The notes beneath the pieces were generated by a model, which saw only the letters and a program-made list of their open reading frames with translations, did not search any database and was not told where the DNA came from. A DNA stretch of 63,798 nt, filler included. It is 5 parts of 5 records of this genome, joined end to end, with 100 filler letters (N's around TTAATTAATTAA, not from the genome) between each part and the next. Parts side by side here need not be neighbours in the genome. Positions count along the whole stretch, not along the records: positions 1 to 12,176 come from SRR20825019_559; positions 12,277 to 21,016 come from SRR20825019_563; positions 21,117 to 32,620 come from SRR20825019_567; 2 more parts are not named here. The stretch is one strand, 5' to 3'. The translations under genes were made by a program, and so were the position numbers. Positions within the stretch are counted from its first letter, which is position 1. Each line of letters starts with the position of its first letter. Below, piece by piece: positions 10,447 to 22,499 of the stretch.

Positions 10447-11616
10447 ATGGCCGGATCAACTTCCCAGGGCAAATGCCCGGTGCTTCTTCTTCTTGCGGGC
10501 CTGATTGTGCTGCCGGCAGGGCAGGCGCTCAGTCAGGAAACCGTCTATGTCGGCGGCACCGGAAGTTCGGTTGAAGTCAATCTCGATGTGCTCGACCAGC
10601 TCGGCACGCCGCAGACGGTTCCGGACATGCTGCAACTCGATATCCGTCGAGGCCAGGCGGCATCCGGGATGCCGCTTCCGCTCCCGGGTGAAGCCCGCGC
10701 GGCTGTGTCCCGCGGCGTACCGATGCCCCCGCCAAGCAGGCAGGCCAGCAGTCAGACTCGCCGCCCGGCCATGGCGGCGGCACCGGCAAGCGCCGCCGCG
10801 TTGCCGAGCGCCAGGGCCCCGCGGCAGCCGACATTGCCGACCGCGCGCAGCACAATCAGAAGCGCGGCACCGGCGACCACGGCCCCCAATGTGACCAGAC
10901 CAAGCGTTCCGGCCCCGTCCCGGGTTGCAACGCCGGTGCCCAGCGCTCCGAAAGTGGCGCGCACACCGGCCCCGATCGTCGCCCCGCCGGCAAAGGTCGC
11001 CATCACCGCGCCCGAGCCCAGGGCGATTAAAGCCGCACCGCAGGCCGCCGCAAAGGCTCCCGAAAAGATCGCAGCCAGGACAGCAACGAAAATTCCGGAC
11101 ATCGTGATCCCGGCCGCACCCAAATCGACCACCAGCACGGCGGCCATCGTTCCGCCGCCGCCGCCGGCCGTGACAGCGCCTTCAGTGAGCGCGCCCGCGC
11201 CGCCCCCGGCCTCACCGTCGAAAGCGGCGGAGCCGATCAAGCGCGTTGCCGCCGCCTCCCCGGCACCGAAAGCGGTAGCTCCTGCGCCGAAGGCCTCCAA
11301 TGGCGGTGCCGCACTCAGCATCCCGTTCGATACCGACACCAAATCCCTGCCGGCGAGCGCCAGTGGCGCTCTGGACGATGTGGCGAAGAAGATGAACGCG
11401 GACAAATCGATGCGGGTGCAGCTTCTCGCCTTTGCCAGCGCCGGTGAACGCTCCGAGGCCAAGGCCCGGCGGCTCTCCCTGTCCCGCGCGCTTGAGGTGC
11501 GCTCCTACCTGATCAGCAAGGGCATCGCCAGCACGCGCATGGATGTGCGCGCGCTCGGCAACCAGTCCTCCTCAGGCTCTCCCGACCGTGTCGACATGAC
11601 CCTGGTCAATCGCTAG
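10447..11616 (+). CDS. Exported Pro/Ala-rich protein with C-terminal OmpA-like peptidoglycan-binding domain
   Basis: Signal peptide; long P/A linker; RLSLSRALEVRSYLISKGI...RMDVRALG...DRVD OmpA-C pattern. Confidence 0.82.
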   Translation: MAGSTSQGKCPVLLLLAGLIVLPAGQALSQETVYVGGTGSSVEVNLDVLDQLGTPQTVPDMLQLDIRRGQAASGMPLPLPGEARAAVSRGVPMPPPSRQASSQTRRPAMAAAPASAAALPSARAPRQPTLPTARSTIRSAAPATTAPNVTRPSVPAPSRVATPVPSAPKVARTPAPIVAPPAKVAITAPEPRAIKAAPQAAAKAPEKIAARTATKIPDIVIPAAPKSTTSTAAIVPPPPPAVTAPSVSAPAPPPASPSKAAEPIKRVAAASPAPKAVAPAPKASNGGAALSIPFDTDTKSLPASASGALDDVAKKMNADKSMRVQLLAFASAGERSEAKARRLSLSRALEVRSYLISKGIASTRMDVRALGNQSSSGSPDRVDMTLVNR

Positions 11617-11738
11617 GGACACCGACAGGTGTCATCAATCGCCGGAAAACCGCCGCATTTCTCATCCATAGGATTAAACAGACTACCGGGCATCAGGCTT
11701 AAACGGCCTCGCCCGGCCACAATCAGGGGATCGATCAG

Positions 11739-12176
11739 GTGACCAAACCCACGCGTTTTCTCGTCCGGATGGCGATCTTTCTGGCGCTTGTCACCGTGGT
11801 CGCGGTGCTTCTGGTGGGCGCGCTGCTGGACGCTTTCATGGCGAATGCCGCTCTCAACGGCATGATCCTCGCCACGCTGTTCATCGGCATTCTCTACATC
11901 GTCCGGCAGGTCATGTCCCTCGCCCCGGAAGTTACCTGGATCGAGTCCTACCGGACCGGTCAGCCGGGCCTCTCGATGCAGCAGGCACCAACCCTGCTCG
12001 CCCCTGTCGCGACCATGCTGGGCGAACGCCGGGACGACCGGGTCAGCCTGTCCGCCATGTCCCTGCGCTCCCTGCTCGACAGCATCGATTCCCGGCTGGC
12101 GGAAAGTCGGGACATCTCGCGCTACATCATCGGCCTGCTGATCTTCCTCGGCCTGCTCGGCACCTTCTGGGGCCTG
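11739..12176 (+). CDS. MotA/TolQ/ExbB-like membrane protein (partial, cut by contig end)
   Basis: Hydrophobic N-terminus and LIFLGLLGTFWGL motif; usual alphaproteobacterial position downstream of suhB. Confidence 0.8.
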
Positions 12177-12276
12177 NNNNNNNNNNNNNNNNNNNNNNNN
12201 NNNNNNNNNNNNNNNNNNNNTTAATTAATTAANNNNNNNNNNNNNNNNNNNNNNNNNNNNNNNNNNNNNNNNNNNN
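12177..12276. other. Artificial contig linker
   Basis: N44-TTAATTAATTAA-N44 (stops in all six frames). Confidence 0.98.
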
Positions 12277-12316
12277 TGATGATGTGATGATGTGATGATG
12301 TGATGACGTGATGATA
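12277..12316 (+). repeat. Tandem 8-mer microsatellite (TGATGATG)x5 at contig edge
   Basis: tgatgatg tgatgatg tgatgatg tgatgacg tgatgata. Confidence 0.8.
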
Positions 12317-12345
12317 TATCTTGTTGTTGATTCTTCATAAACGCC

Positions 12346-13700
12346 GTGAGATTAACCGCAGCACAGAAAACAAGGGAGCTGCAGCCAAGCCACGTGGCCA
12401 CTCTGGAGTACAGCGAGCTACTGGAAGGGCGATCAAAGTCCATGGTGCGGAGCGGGTCCAAGGGCCCATCGAAGGATGCGCAGTCCCCCAGGGTGCGCCG
12501 TGACCAATCCTTCGCGCGGGCATCGCAGGGCCGGGCCGCGATGGTGAAGCCCACTGCGCCGACAGGCGCCAAGGCCACGGGCGCGAGGTCCAAGGCGGAT
12601 GACGGCACCGCGCCCGCGCATGCCTTGGCGGCAGTCAAGCCGCGGAAAGTTGTGCCACTCCCCGTGCGGCCGGACGACTACGTTCCAATATGGCTCCGGC
12701 ATGACACGATAGCAACCAGTGGCTCCCGCAAGCCGCGGCGATTTGGCGGGGGCGGCGCGATCAAGGACCCGGACGTGGTATGGTCCGGCGCGGGGGACAA
12801 GAGGGGCAGCAGGGTCTATCTCAGCCCCAAGAAGAGTGCTCCCGCACAGACAAAGCCATCTCCTCCAAAGCGCCCGGCCCCGCTCAACAGCCCCCTTTTG
12901 GGGAGATGGGAAGAGGCGGCCGGGCTCGATGACGCCGAGGCCGCGGCGGTGCGGGTGATGCTGGGCGATCCCAATGTTGCCCTGCGGAAGAAGCCGGGGG
13001 GGCGCCCCCCTCCGCTAGACCGGACCAAGGGCGGCCGTGGTGTCACGGTGTTTGTGGAGAATGGTGTGTGGAACTTGTTGTACTGGCCGCTCGCTGCTAA
13101 TAGTGATGCAACGCAGGTGACTTCAGGATGAGTGAGTTGGACGAGTCTACCATGGTTTGGTGCCGTGTGAGGCTAGAGGCCGATCGCCTGGTAAGCACGC
13201 TGTTGTCATCTGGTTGCATGTATGGGTGCCTGACTCGGACCCACCACACAGCCCGGCCACGGCAAGGACACCGCGCGGGTGGCCGGCTCGGACCATATGG
13301 AGTGGAATGAGGCCGTGCAGTTTGAAGCGGTTCTTCCGACGGATGTGGTGGAGGTACGGGTGATGCAGGACCATGGAGACGGGCACAAGGCGGTTGGCTC
13401 GGTGTTCATCCCTGTGCGCCGCTTCAAGGCCGAGGTGAGTGAATGCACGCCGTAGTGTTGACAATGAGACCACAAGTACTGACGCGAGGGCCGGGGTAGG
13501 GGGGTAAATTACAGTGTATTCTAACGGACCGGCGCCATCCGCTCAAGCGGAAGGGGCTGCTGCTTCGTGGGTCACCGGCGTGTGATGATGGTGGGGCCGA
13601 CTGCCTGAGCGTTCGGCTGGTCTATGACAAGGCCAGCCCCAGCCCCAGTGCCGCCGAGGGCTCCTCAACAACCTCCACGCCAACGTCGTCTGCGAGCTAG
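12346..13700 (+). CDS. Spliced eukaryotic gene: low-complexity N-terminus plus C2 domain (5' end uncertain)
   Basis: GT-AG introns about 13064-13116, 13191-13251 and 13435-13499 join VTVFVENGDF...WCRVRL...TARVAGSDHMEWNEAVQF...VEVRVMQD...VGSVFIPV (C2-like); stop TAG at 13698-13700. Confidence 0.7.
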
Positions 13701-13807
13701 AGGGATGTTGACACCGCAATAGATGTGCCCCTCCCCCCGCCACAGGAGGTACGCCCTGGCGCCAAGGTCTCTGGTGAGAGTAATCGCGGGCACCACGCCC
13801 CGGATGA

Positions 13808-15133
13808 TCAGTCGAAGGTGCGAAGGATTCGGTCGATCTTGGCGTTGCACATGGGGCACTTGCCCCTGGATGATCGCAGCCTGTTGGCATCCTGAACGCA
13901 AAAGCGATGGCCGCTGTCGGATAAAAAAATGACATCAGCTATTGCGGTGCTGGGCCAACCGCTCGAATCGACTCACCATGGGATCAGTGCCGCGTCCTTG
14001 GCACGGTCGAAGCAAATGGAGCACGCGTCTGCCTCCCTCAGGCCTCCACCCGGCGGGTCGGGTTCACTCGTGGGAGGTGCCGGATCTTGGCAGGCCTGCA
14101 CAGGCACGGCTGCTCCCTCGGCGATCAGAAGGGACACCATCCGCAGAGCACGGTGTTCCATTGCCCAGTCAAGCGGGGTTGCCCCTGTGGACGCTATGGT
14201 CATCGAGCGGTCGGCGCCGTGCTCCAGCAGCACCTTTCCAACGGCGTCCGACTCGTTCACCGCGGCCCAGTGGAGTGCGGTAGCCCCAATGTTGGAGTCA
14301 CGGGCATTGGCCGAGACGCCCGAAGCCAGCAGAGCCAGTACCTCCTCCACGCTTCCTTCCGACACTGCGCCGCACAAAAGGTCGCCGTCCGACGGCCCGT
14401 CATTGCCATCCCCATCCCGGGAATCCGCACCGCCCTCCACCTGCGCGCCCTCCGTGATGCCCAGCTCCGCCATCAGCCGTCTCCCCTCGGCAGCCTGGCT
14501 TCGGATCGCTGCAATGGGGTCCAAGTCCCCGGAGCTGGCCGCTAACACGCCCTCAGCACCCCCAGATTCAACATTATGCGAAGGAATGTCCCGGCGCCAA
14601 CCCGCACTTATGGGCATGATCCCACCTTCATCTGATACCTCATCATCGTCGCTAGACCCCACCGTGTACTCCTCCGCAGAGCTGGCACCCGCATCATTGC
14701 CGGTGCCGGGCCGATGGTCGTGGCGCGGCGCAGCGACGGTGCCAGTATCGAGCGAAACACCAGTGGCCGCGGAGCGTCTGTCCTCCTCGAATCGGCGGCG
14801 GTCCGCGGCGTACGATTCCGCGCGTCTCTGAGCCTCCGTCTCGAGTCTCAAGCGCTCCCGCATAAGATTGTCCTGGTACCGCCTATCCTCAAGATCTTGC
14901 ATTCTCGCCACGTAGTCATCCTCGTTGTCTCCACGCCGCGCCGCCGCCCGCCCCGTCCCCCGACCACCTCCATGCGCGGCGCGCTCAGTGGGCCTCGTGC
15001 GAGCGAGCACCACCGCGCCGTCCCGCCGCACCCAATCTCCATCCACAACCTCATCACCATCGTGCTCTCCTGGCGCGCTATCGGAGCTTTCAGAGCTCGG
15101 GCCTCCTTGAGTGGGCCCCGCCAGTCTGCGCAC
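13808..15133 (-). CDS. Spliced ankyrin-repeat plus RING-finger protein (probable E3 ligase); 5' exons probably extend towards ~15600
   Basis: GATALHWAA and GATPLDWA ankyrin repeats; a 63-nt intron at 13914-13976 completes CSICFDRAKDAALIPCGHRFCVQDANRLRSSRGKCPMC; stop at 13808-13810. Confidence 0.82.
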
Positions 15134-16652
15134 ACGACGTCAGATATGCCGGTCCGCCGTCACGGGATGGGTCTGAGTGCTAGCGACTCCCTCCATGAAC
15201 ATGACTAATCAACATGACGGAAATCGAATGAACACTGAACATGAATAATGACTAAGACTAATAACAATCGTCACCCACCCAGTGCTCGTGGCCCAGCCAA
15301 GAGATGAACGGGCGGCCCCACCACCCCGCCGCTCCAGCATGCGCTGTCTCCGCTCTTCACGGTGGCGCTGCCGTCGGCCCATGACAGCCCGCCGGCTTCC
15401 ACCTTGGCCGTTCGTGGGGCTGGGATTGGGCTGAGTGGGCCGGCTAGTTGGAGGCCGGGCTCCTCGATCGGAATCTCCGGGCGGCGCGCCGTACATCCCC
15501 TGCGGTCGGCGTTGCCAGTCATCCTCCCTCCCTCGCCGCACGAACACCTCCCGGTCCTGGCTCGTCTGAGAAGGACCCGAACCACCGTCGCGTTCCTCCG
15601 GCTTCTGTAGGCATCGTCAATCACTTCACAAACCTAAACACAACTAGGGGGAGAGGGGGGATGGGCCAGGGTGCAGGGTTGAGAAGTTCATAGGCGCGCC
15701 GGCCAATTAATGCTTGAAAGGTGCGTGTTGTTTGTTTTTGCGTGTGTGCGTGCGGGGAATGCAAGGAGACGAGATGGGAACCGTTTACTCACAGTGAAAG
15801 CCTCCTTGACGGAACGGGCCCAGTCCTTCACGACCGAAGACAGGTTCTCCATCCCGCAACCTCCCCTTGCCGGTATGTGATCATTCTTACTAGCAGTTCA
15901 TGGCGCAATGATATGTGTGTGCAACAGTTGTGAACCCCGCTGACGGCCCGGGCTCACCAGCACGCTCGTCGTCGCCAAACGAGGAGGCACGCCGCGGGGC
16001 CCGTGCTGGCGCCTCACACGGCGAGCGCGCGGGCGGCCTGGCCCCGGCACTCGTGAGGCGTCGGCCGCGTAACTGACCCCGGCCGGCCGCCCGGCGGCCT
16101 ACGTACCCTACCCCGCCGGCAGGCCGGGGCGGCCCCTCACGTGACCGGGCCGGGCCCGGGCGCGAGCCTTGGCACCGCCCTTGTCAGTTGCAACGGCGGC
16201 GGCCGGCCTGGCCGCGCGGCCCGCGGGTGGCCTCTCGCCCTTGCCTGAATTCCGTTCCTCGCCACTGCCCCGATGGTGCCCGGCGTGCCTGAAGTGACGG
16301 CCTGCCAGAGGGCCCGCCCCGCACTCGGCGCACCCCGCCCGGCCGTCAGTCAGTTCCCGTTCGGTTCGGTTCGCCGGGTGGCGCGGCGGTGCCAAGCGAG
16401 CGCCACCCGCAGCCGCACCGGCCGCGCCCCCGGCCCGCCCGGCCGGCGGCGGCCCCGGGGGCGCTGCCGCCGCCTGGCGCCCCAGCCGCCCGCCGGACCC
16501 CGGCCCCCCGGCCAAGCCAGCACGGTGATTGCGGTCGAGCCCCGAGCGGCAAGCCCGGAGCCCAGTGCTCGGAGATGTCAAGCCGTTGCCGGCAATGAGT
16601 ACAAGTAGCCCTTTCAGCGCGGTGTTGGCTCCTAACACACACGTGAAGTAAC

Positions 16653-17180
16653 ATGTCTGGCAAGAAAGACACCAAGCCTGACTCCGTGACCGTCGCCATC
16701 CGCCCGCCTGTCTTTACGATGGGCCTCTCCTGCGTTGCGGGTGCGGTCGCACAAGTCACCGACCGCCGCCCCATTCACAACTACGAGGTGTCACTCGGAC
16801 AGGTCGGCGGGCGCTCGGTGTCTCTGGGGCAGCTGCTTGGGTCCGGTCTGATGGTGGGCGCGTTCGCCTTCGTGAAGAAGGCCAAGGCATACATGATCTC
16901 GAAGGGGACACATCCCCGGCACGGCAACAAGGTGGCCGGGCTCATCCGGGGAGGTCCGTTTGAGTATACGCGGAATCCGATGTATGTCGGGCTGCTCGCG
17001 GCCTTGACAGGGCCGGCCATCATGAGCAACAACTGGGTGTGGGCAGCCGTGCCGCTCATCAGCTGGGTTTACCTGCACTTCTACATCGTGCCAAAAGAGG
17101 AAGGGTTCATGCGGACAGCGTTCGGTAACGAGTATGAAGCCTATTGCGGTGAGGTGGGTCGCTGGGTGTTCTTTCTGTGA
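16653..17180 (+). CDS. ICMT/PEMT-family membrane methyltransferase
   Basis: LIRGGPFEYTRNPMYVG and EE..M...FG.EYEAYC..V.RW motifs; several TM segments. Confidence 0.85.
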   Translation: MSGKKDTKPDSVTVAIRPPVFTMGLSCVAGAVAQVTDRRPIHNYEVSLGQVGGRSVSLGQLLGSGLMVGAFAFVKKAKAYMISKGTHPRHGNKVAGLIRGGPFEYTRNPMYVGLLAALTGPAIMSNNWVWAAVPLISWVYLHFYIVPKEEGFMRTAFGNEYEAYCGEVGRWVFFL

Positions 17181-18239
17181 TGCGGATGTAGTCTCTGGCG
17201 GCACCAGCCTCGAACGGTGGATATATACTATTATATACTGGCCGGTTGGTGTCACTGCTGAGTGCCCAGGCATCGTGGCTTAATGAAAGAACCAACCGGA
17301 CGCCATCAAATGAAATAATAGTGGAGACTCTTTCTGATATATGGTGCAGCTAGGGGCTATCCCACACAGTGTATATACGCGTTGGCAATGTCCAAATTGT
17401 TTATCGAGGATGGGCTGTCAGTCACAGCGTTGTGCTGCGGATCTTGACCAAGAGCAATGGAGTTGGCCAACTTAAGTGAAGCGCTGAAGCATTCCTCGGT
17501 TCTCTTTTGGGGGGCCACTGCCCTTGGGCAGTCTTGGCGAAGAGTTGTTAGCGAACCTTTGGTGTATGTGTGTTACCCGTGTGTTAGAAAGTTGTGACTT
17601 CCAAGCATGCCGTACACATACTTAGGTAGTCAGACTACAGTCACGCCAGCCGGCCCGGCGGCCTCCGCAGTCCGCCCCCTCTGCCGCTGACTCAGTCGCC
17701 GCCGGCACCGCATCGGGGTTCATTACCTCCGCCGGGACCACACTCACACGGTATCGATCGCCAGCAAGCAACACCTAAACATATCAATTTATGTGGAAGC
17801 TTTAAATACGATGTCTTCCCACTGGATCCAAAGGTGCAACCGTAATTTGGAGACAGTTTGTGTTTGTCAGTTTGCCTACGCACTGTGTCCGAACCGGCGG
17901 GCTTGAGGGACCTCACTGACTGGCCAGAGCATCAGGCATTCCCGGTCCGGTCAGTGACTGCACGGCAGGCCGTGACCCAGGGCAGCCCAGGCCCGCTGGC
18001 CGCCGCCGTCCGCCGCGGCGCAGGGCGGGCCGCCCCCGGAGACGCCCCTGTCCGAGCCCCCGGCCGGCCTGCCGCCCGGCGGTCACGGCGGTAACCTCCG
18101 CTGACTCAACAGTCACCAGTGCCGGAATACCGGAAAAATACTCTTCACCAGGAGCCTGGGTTGTACCCTGTAGTACTTGATACCTCACGTGTTCATATAC
18201 CCACTCCACTCCTGTCCTCCTTGTTATAGGACTCTCACC

Positions 18240-20889
18240 ATGCGCAACCTCACCTGTGCTGTGGCGGTGTTGGCTGTGCTGTGTCTGGCGGCCTCTGTCC
18301 GTGGCGGGGCTAGTGGCGGCAAAGAGTTCACCATCGACGTATTCCCGGACGAGTTCTTCCCCACTTCAGATGTGAAGTTCGGCCTTGGGGATAAAGTTAC
18401 GAAGTTGATAAAAAATTCGGTGAGTGCCCCCCCCCCCCCCCCCAATGAATCGGGTGGGCGCAACGTCGAGCTGACCAATTTTTTGAAGCTTGATGATGTT
18501 GGGAAGTGCCTAGTCTGCCAGTCGCTGGGGAAAAGCCCCAATCTCCAGGATCCCTGTTCCTCCCCTAACTATGACTCCGCGAGTTTGTTGTCGAAGAGTG
18601 AGGTGCGTTACATGTTATGAAAGTTGGAGTAGTGAGTCTGATCTTTGTATCAGTGCGAGAGTTTTGTGAGTGGCGCTGCAGGTAACCGTGTAAAGGCGAC
18701 TATAGTGATGGGGCTTTCGAACAAGCAGATGACCACAGATGAATATCAGTGGTTCTGCCAGCATTTTAAGTTGTGGAATAGCGAAATGTCCAGCAAGTGC
18801 ACGCCCAACGATCCAAACTCTAGGGGCTGCCGTACCTGTGCGTACATTCTGAAGAACTTTTACCGGTTCTATGGCGACTGTTCTCCGCCGTTTTATACCC
18901 CAGAAGACACCGATGACGTCTCCGAGGCCATGCTATACCTCACGTATGAGCGGTGCTTCAAGGTCGCCAAAAATTTGGTGAAGAATGAGAGCAAAGCTAT
19001 TAAGAAGTGCAAGAAATACTGCGATAAAACCAAGAAGAAGTACACGCAGGCTGACATCAACGGCACAATTCTAAGCAACCAGCGGAGACTGGACGATAGT
19101 CCCATTGGCATCAAGCTGCGCGAGGCATTCTCTGCCATCTTGAGAGAAAAGGAGCAATTCGAGAGAATGAAGGAATACAAGGAGGAATTTGCAGCCGAAC
19201 CGGATGCTGATGATGGCGGGAAAGCTGTTGCAGAGAAGGTCTCCCGCAAGCTGGCTAAGTATAACACGAAGGAGCTGGAAGACAAGGTTCTGTGGATCCT
19301 GGGGACTTTTGATAAGTGAGTCTGGCGGTTGTGCTGATTTTGGCTGTGGCGGCTCACTGTTCCCTCAGAGAAGTGTACGTTGAGACTGCGACAGCCTTGA
19401 AAAAGGTAGAAGAGATGGCAAATGGCTGCAAGAAGGACGGAGATCCTCGCTCCAAGGCGGACTTCTACACAAATACTGCTAACTCCATGAATTATATCGA
19501 AGGAGCTGTCAAGTAAGTGGGTTTTGGTGACGGTTTTGTGTTGGTGTGGTGCGAGTGGAGTGGCGGGGCAGTGATGAGTTCTGATGCCGAATCTTGTTGT
19601 TGCCCTTTGGGGGGACAAGAGGACTGTTGAAGGGAACCGTGTGCCGTGTACTAATGGAGACTGCAGGCATATGAACAACGAGATGCATCGTTTCAACGAG
19701 CATGATTTCCAGCCCATCATCGCCACGGTGAAGAGCCTTGCCGGGAACAAGATTAACGTTGAGGAGACGAATGCGAATCTCCGGGAGATGATAGTGGACC
19801 AATATATTAATGATCAGGTAGGTGTGGTGAGTCCATGGGCTTGCGAGTGCTGATGGAGGTTCCTGAAAACAGGAGCGGCGGTTCAACCATATTATTGAGA
19901 CCATACCCATACTGATCAAGACTAACTCTGACGCTGCGAAGATCTTGTTTGATGGGATTAGGGTTCATATGCCTGACCACTGGGCTCAAGTCTATGAGGT
20001 TCTCAAGAAACTGAAAGACGAGTCCGCCGGCAAGACCTTGAGCAACGGACAGGAGTTGCGCAGTCTTGATCCCATCTTCAAGGAGCTGAAGAGCGCGATG
20101 AATGCAATGGGCAAAAATGCTTTCCAAAAGGTGAATGTCGATGCGGACGTGGCCGATATGGAAAGAGTTCTCGATGAAGCGTCTTGGGCCGACATGCCAA
20201 CCGGCTGCATTGATCCGAGCAAGGTTTATGGAGTGGATGGTGTCATGCCTCTTGCTGAGGTGCTTAAGGCAAACCCCGTATCCTTTCGTGATGCGCGAAA
20301 GATTCATGACGCCTTGAAAATGTTCGAGGAGGTTGATTACCGCATCTATATCTCGATGTTTAATGGGGGTTTGCAAATGATGCTGGCGGGGGCCCGCGAT
20401 GCCCGCAGAGTACGTCTCCTCAAGGGCCTGGCCGGTGACGGCATCTACGATGAGAAGAACAGCGACGGTCACTTTGAAGTCGAACTCTTCTACTTTATAT
20501 ACGAGCTGGGTAGCGCCATCGATGCGTATAATAAGAAGATCGATGCCTGGACGGCCGATATGAAGAGAGCGCAGTGCACGGTCTACCGAGGTGCGACCAG
20601 TTCATACCTGGAGGCTGTCTTGGGTACACTCCGCGCCGTATCAGACTACGTCGAGAAGTTTGAAGGTAGACTGGATGAGGAAGTGGAGGGGAAGATATCC
20701 AACATGAATAGGCAACTGGAGGAGATCGGTTTGACGGACAAAGGCAAATTCTGCGGGGCTAGCCCGGAGGAAGCTGGCGTTGGCGGCGAGGACGGCGTTG
20801 TTGGCGCACCTCTCCGCTTGGACACCGACGTGGAAGGAACCGACGACACTGGCGGAGCAGAGGTTGATTCATACGGTGACCCCCAATAA
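18240..20889 (+). CDS. Multi-exon secreted Cys-rich protein of unknown function
   Basis: Signal peptide MRNLTCAVAVLAVLCLAASVRG; donor sites GTGAGT/GTGCGT/GTAAGT/GTAGGT near 18420, 18603, 19316, 19513 and 19817 link the successive + strand ORFs; CxxC pairs; exact exon limits uncertain. Confidence 0.65.
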
Positions 20890-21016
20890 GAATAAAGGTT
20901 GATCCTTCCGTTTGCCAGCATTCCTTGCTGTCGCCCTCTCCCGTAGCTCTTATGTGTGCCAGCGGCCGTGCGGGGTCCGTCCGGCCCATGGCTGCCGGTC
21001 AGTGGCTCAGTGACCC

Positions 21017-21116
21017 NNNNNNNNNNNNNNNNNNNNNNNNNNNNNNNNNNNNNNNNNNNNTTAATTAATTAANNNNNNNNNNNNNNNNNNNNNNNNNNNN
21101 NNNNNNNNNNNNNNNN
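21017..21116. other. Artificial contig linker
   Basis: N44-TTAATTAATTAA-N44. Confidence 0.98.
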
Positions 21117-21695
21117 AAGCGAGGCGAGGCTGAGAGACTTGGAAATAATTGAATCCATACAAAAGTTGTTCCCAAGAGCGGTTACCTTTTCAAAACCACT
21201 AAATACCATCGTCGACGAATCGCGAGTGATGAAATACGTATCGGGTACCATCGACCCCTGATTGGGCCCCCACTCGTACCGCACATGCTTCTTGTGGAGG
21301 TCCCAATTCTTAGAGATGCAGTACCAAGATTTATGTAGTTGGATGACACAGGAATGGTCCTTCTTAACCGCATCGAATCCATTCTTACACAAATACTTAT
21401 GACCAAGGGGGGCATGCATGAGAGCGGGCATACCCTTCGTTTTGTGGTCCTTCAGCTCGGCACAACAGGAGACGCTGTAGAGAGCCCGCAGTGCAACCAG
21501 CTCCTCATATGCGGTGAGCCCCACTTCACCGGCACATCGGCAGTACCCTTGGTGAACGGGCTGCACCATTGACATCACTCCCACCAGTATAGACATGTCG
21601 AATCGGAAGGTAGGATCTGTGACCTGCGTGCCCTTGGGGGTAAATACCCTCTTCTTTTCAACCTTCTTTTCCACCTTTACCTTCCGTGCTTGCAT
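21117..21695 (-). CDS. Hypothetical protein, probably running into BspA-type leucine-rich repeats (partial)
   Basis: Open to contig end; terminal FSGFEKVTALGNNFC...SLSLASL resembles the first LRR unit. Confidence 0.45.
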
Positions 21696-21915
21696 TCTAT
21701 GGTGTGTTATAATAAGTTAGGTGCTTGGAGCAGGGGGAATATTTGAAGAAGTTGGGAGGCAAATATGAAATGAAAAGGTAGTTACTGCATCATTCACAAC
21801 ACATTGGGCAGTATACTTATTTAATTATGTATATTTACATTGATGTGGGCGTGTATGTGTGTACATTAAAATAAATAAATACACATCAAATCCTTCTCAC
21901 ATATCAGTCCCATCA

Positions 21916-22257
21916 TTAGGATACCGGCATGGTAGTACCCCCCTCTATAAGGGGTTGTAGCCTACCGTTCTTGTAGAGCGCATCTACCTCATTGTACCCC
22001 CCTATCAAGGCACCTCCTATGTAAATAGCCGGGACGGTCTCGTGGCCAGTAGACTGTATGATGCGGTGGTGGATCGTCTCCCCCTGGGCCCCCATCTGGT
22101 CCAACTCGAACACCTTGATGTTCTTCGTCATGGGCATCAGCATTGCCTTTGCCCTCGTACAGTAAGGACATCTCACCCATGAGAAAATAACCACATGGGC
22201 AGCATGGATAGGCGGGTCGGAGGTGGTGGTGGGGGATGGTTGTTTGATGGCGCTCAT
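21916..22257 (-). CDS. Dithiol glutaredoxin
   Basis: CPYC active site, TVPAIYIGG, IGGYNEV; ATG 22257 preferred. Confidence 0.92.
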   Translation of the reverse strand: MSAIKQPSPTTTSDPPIHAAHVVIFSWVRCPYCTRAKAMLMPMTKNIKVFELDQMGAQGETIHHRIIQSTGHETVPAIYIGGALIGGYNEVDALYKNGRLQPLIEGGTTMPVS

Positions 22258-22499
22258 TTCCTCTGGTGAAGATAATGAGGAGGTGTGGTAGTATAAAAAT
22301 AAGTTATGTAGTCTACATGTGTTACAACAAAGTGAGAGAGAACAGGGAGGGAATGTATGTACAATGGGCCAAGGGATGAAATGATTCTGGTTTAAAGGAA
22401 GATACGAATTGTATTTAATGTGAAACATTCAAACTTTGCATTTGGATAAATGCATCTAATATAAGGAGGGGATGTGGAGTGTGGATACCCTCTCTATTA

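Noticed and set aside
12277-12316. (TGATGATG)n as a telomere or CRISPR-like array
   Set aside because: Only five degenerate units with no spacers; better explained as a microsatellite, probably intronic, that broke the assembly.
16108-16774. Arg/Pro/Gly-rich ORFs in the GC-rich patch
   Set aside because: Low-complexity GC DNA lacking stop codons; no coding signature.
18177-20889. Successive short ORFs suggesting frameshifts, a pseudogene or an alternative genetic code
   Set aside because: The breaks coincide with canonical GT-AG spliceosomal introns.
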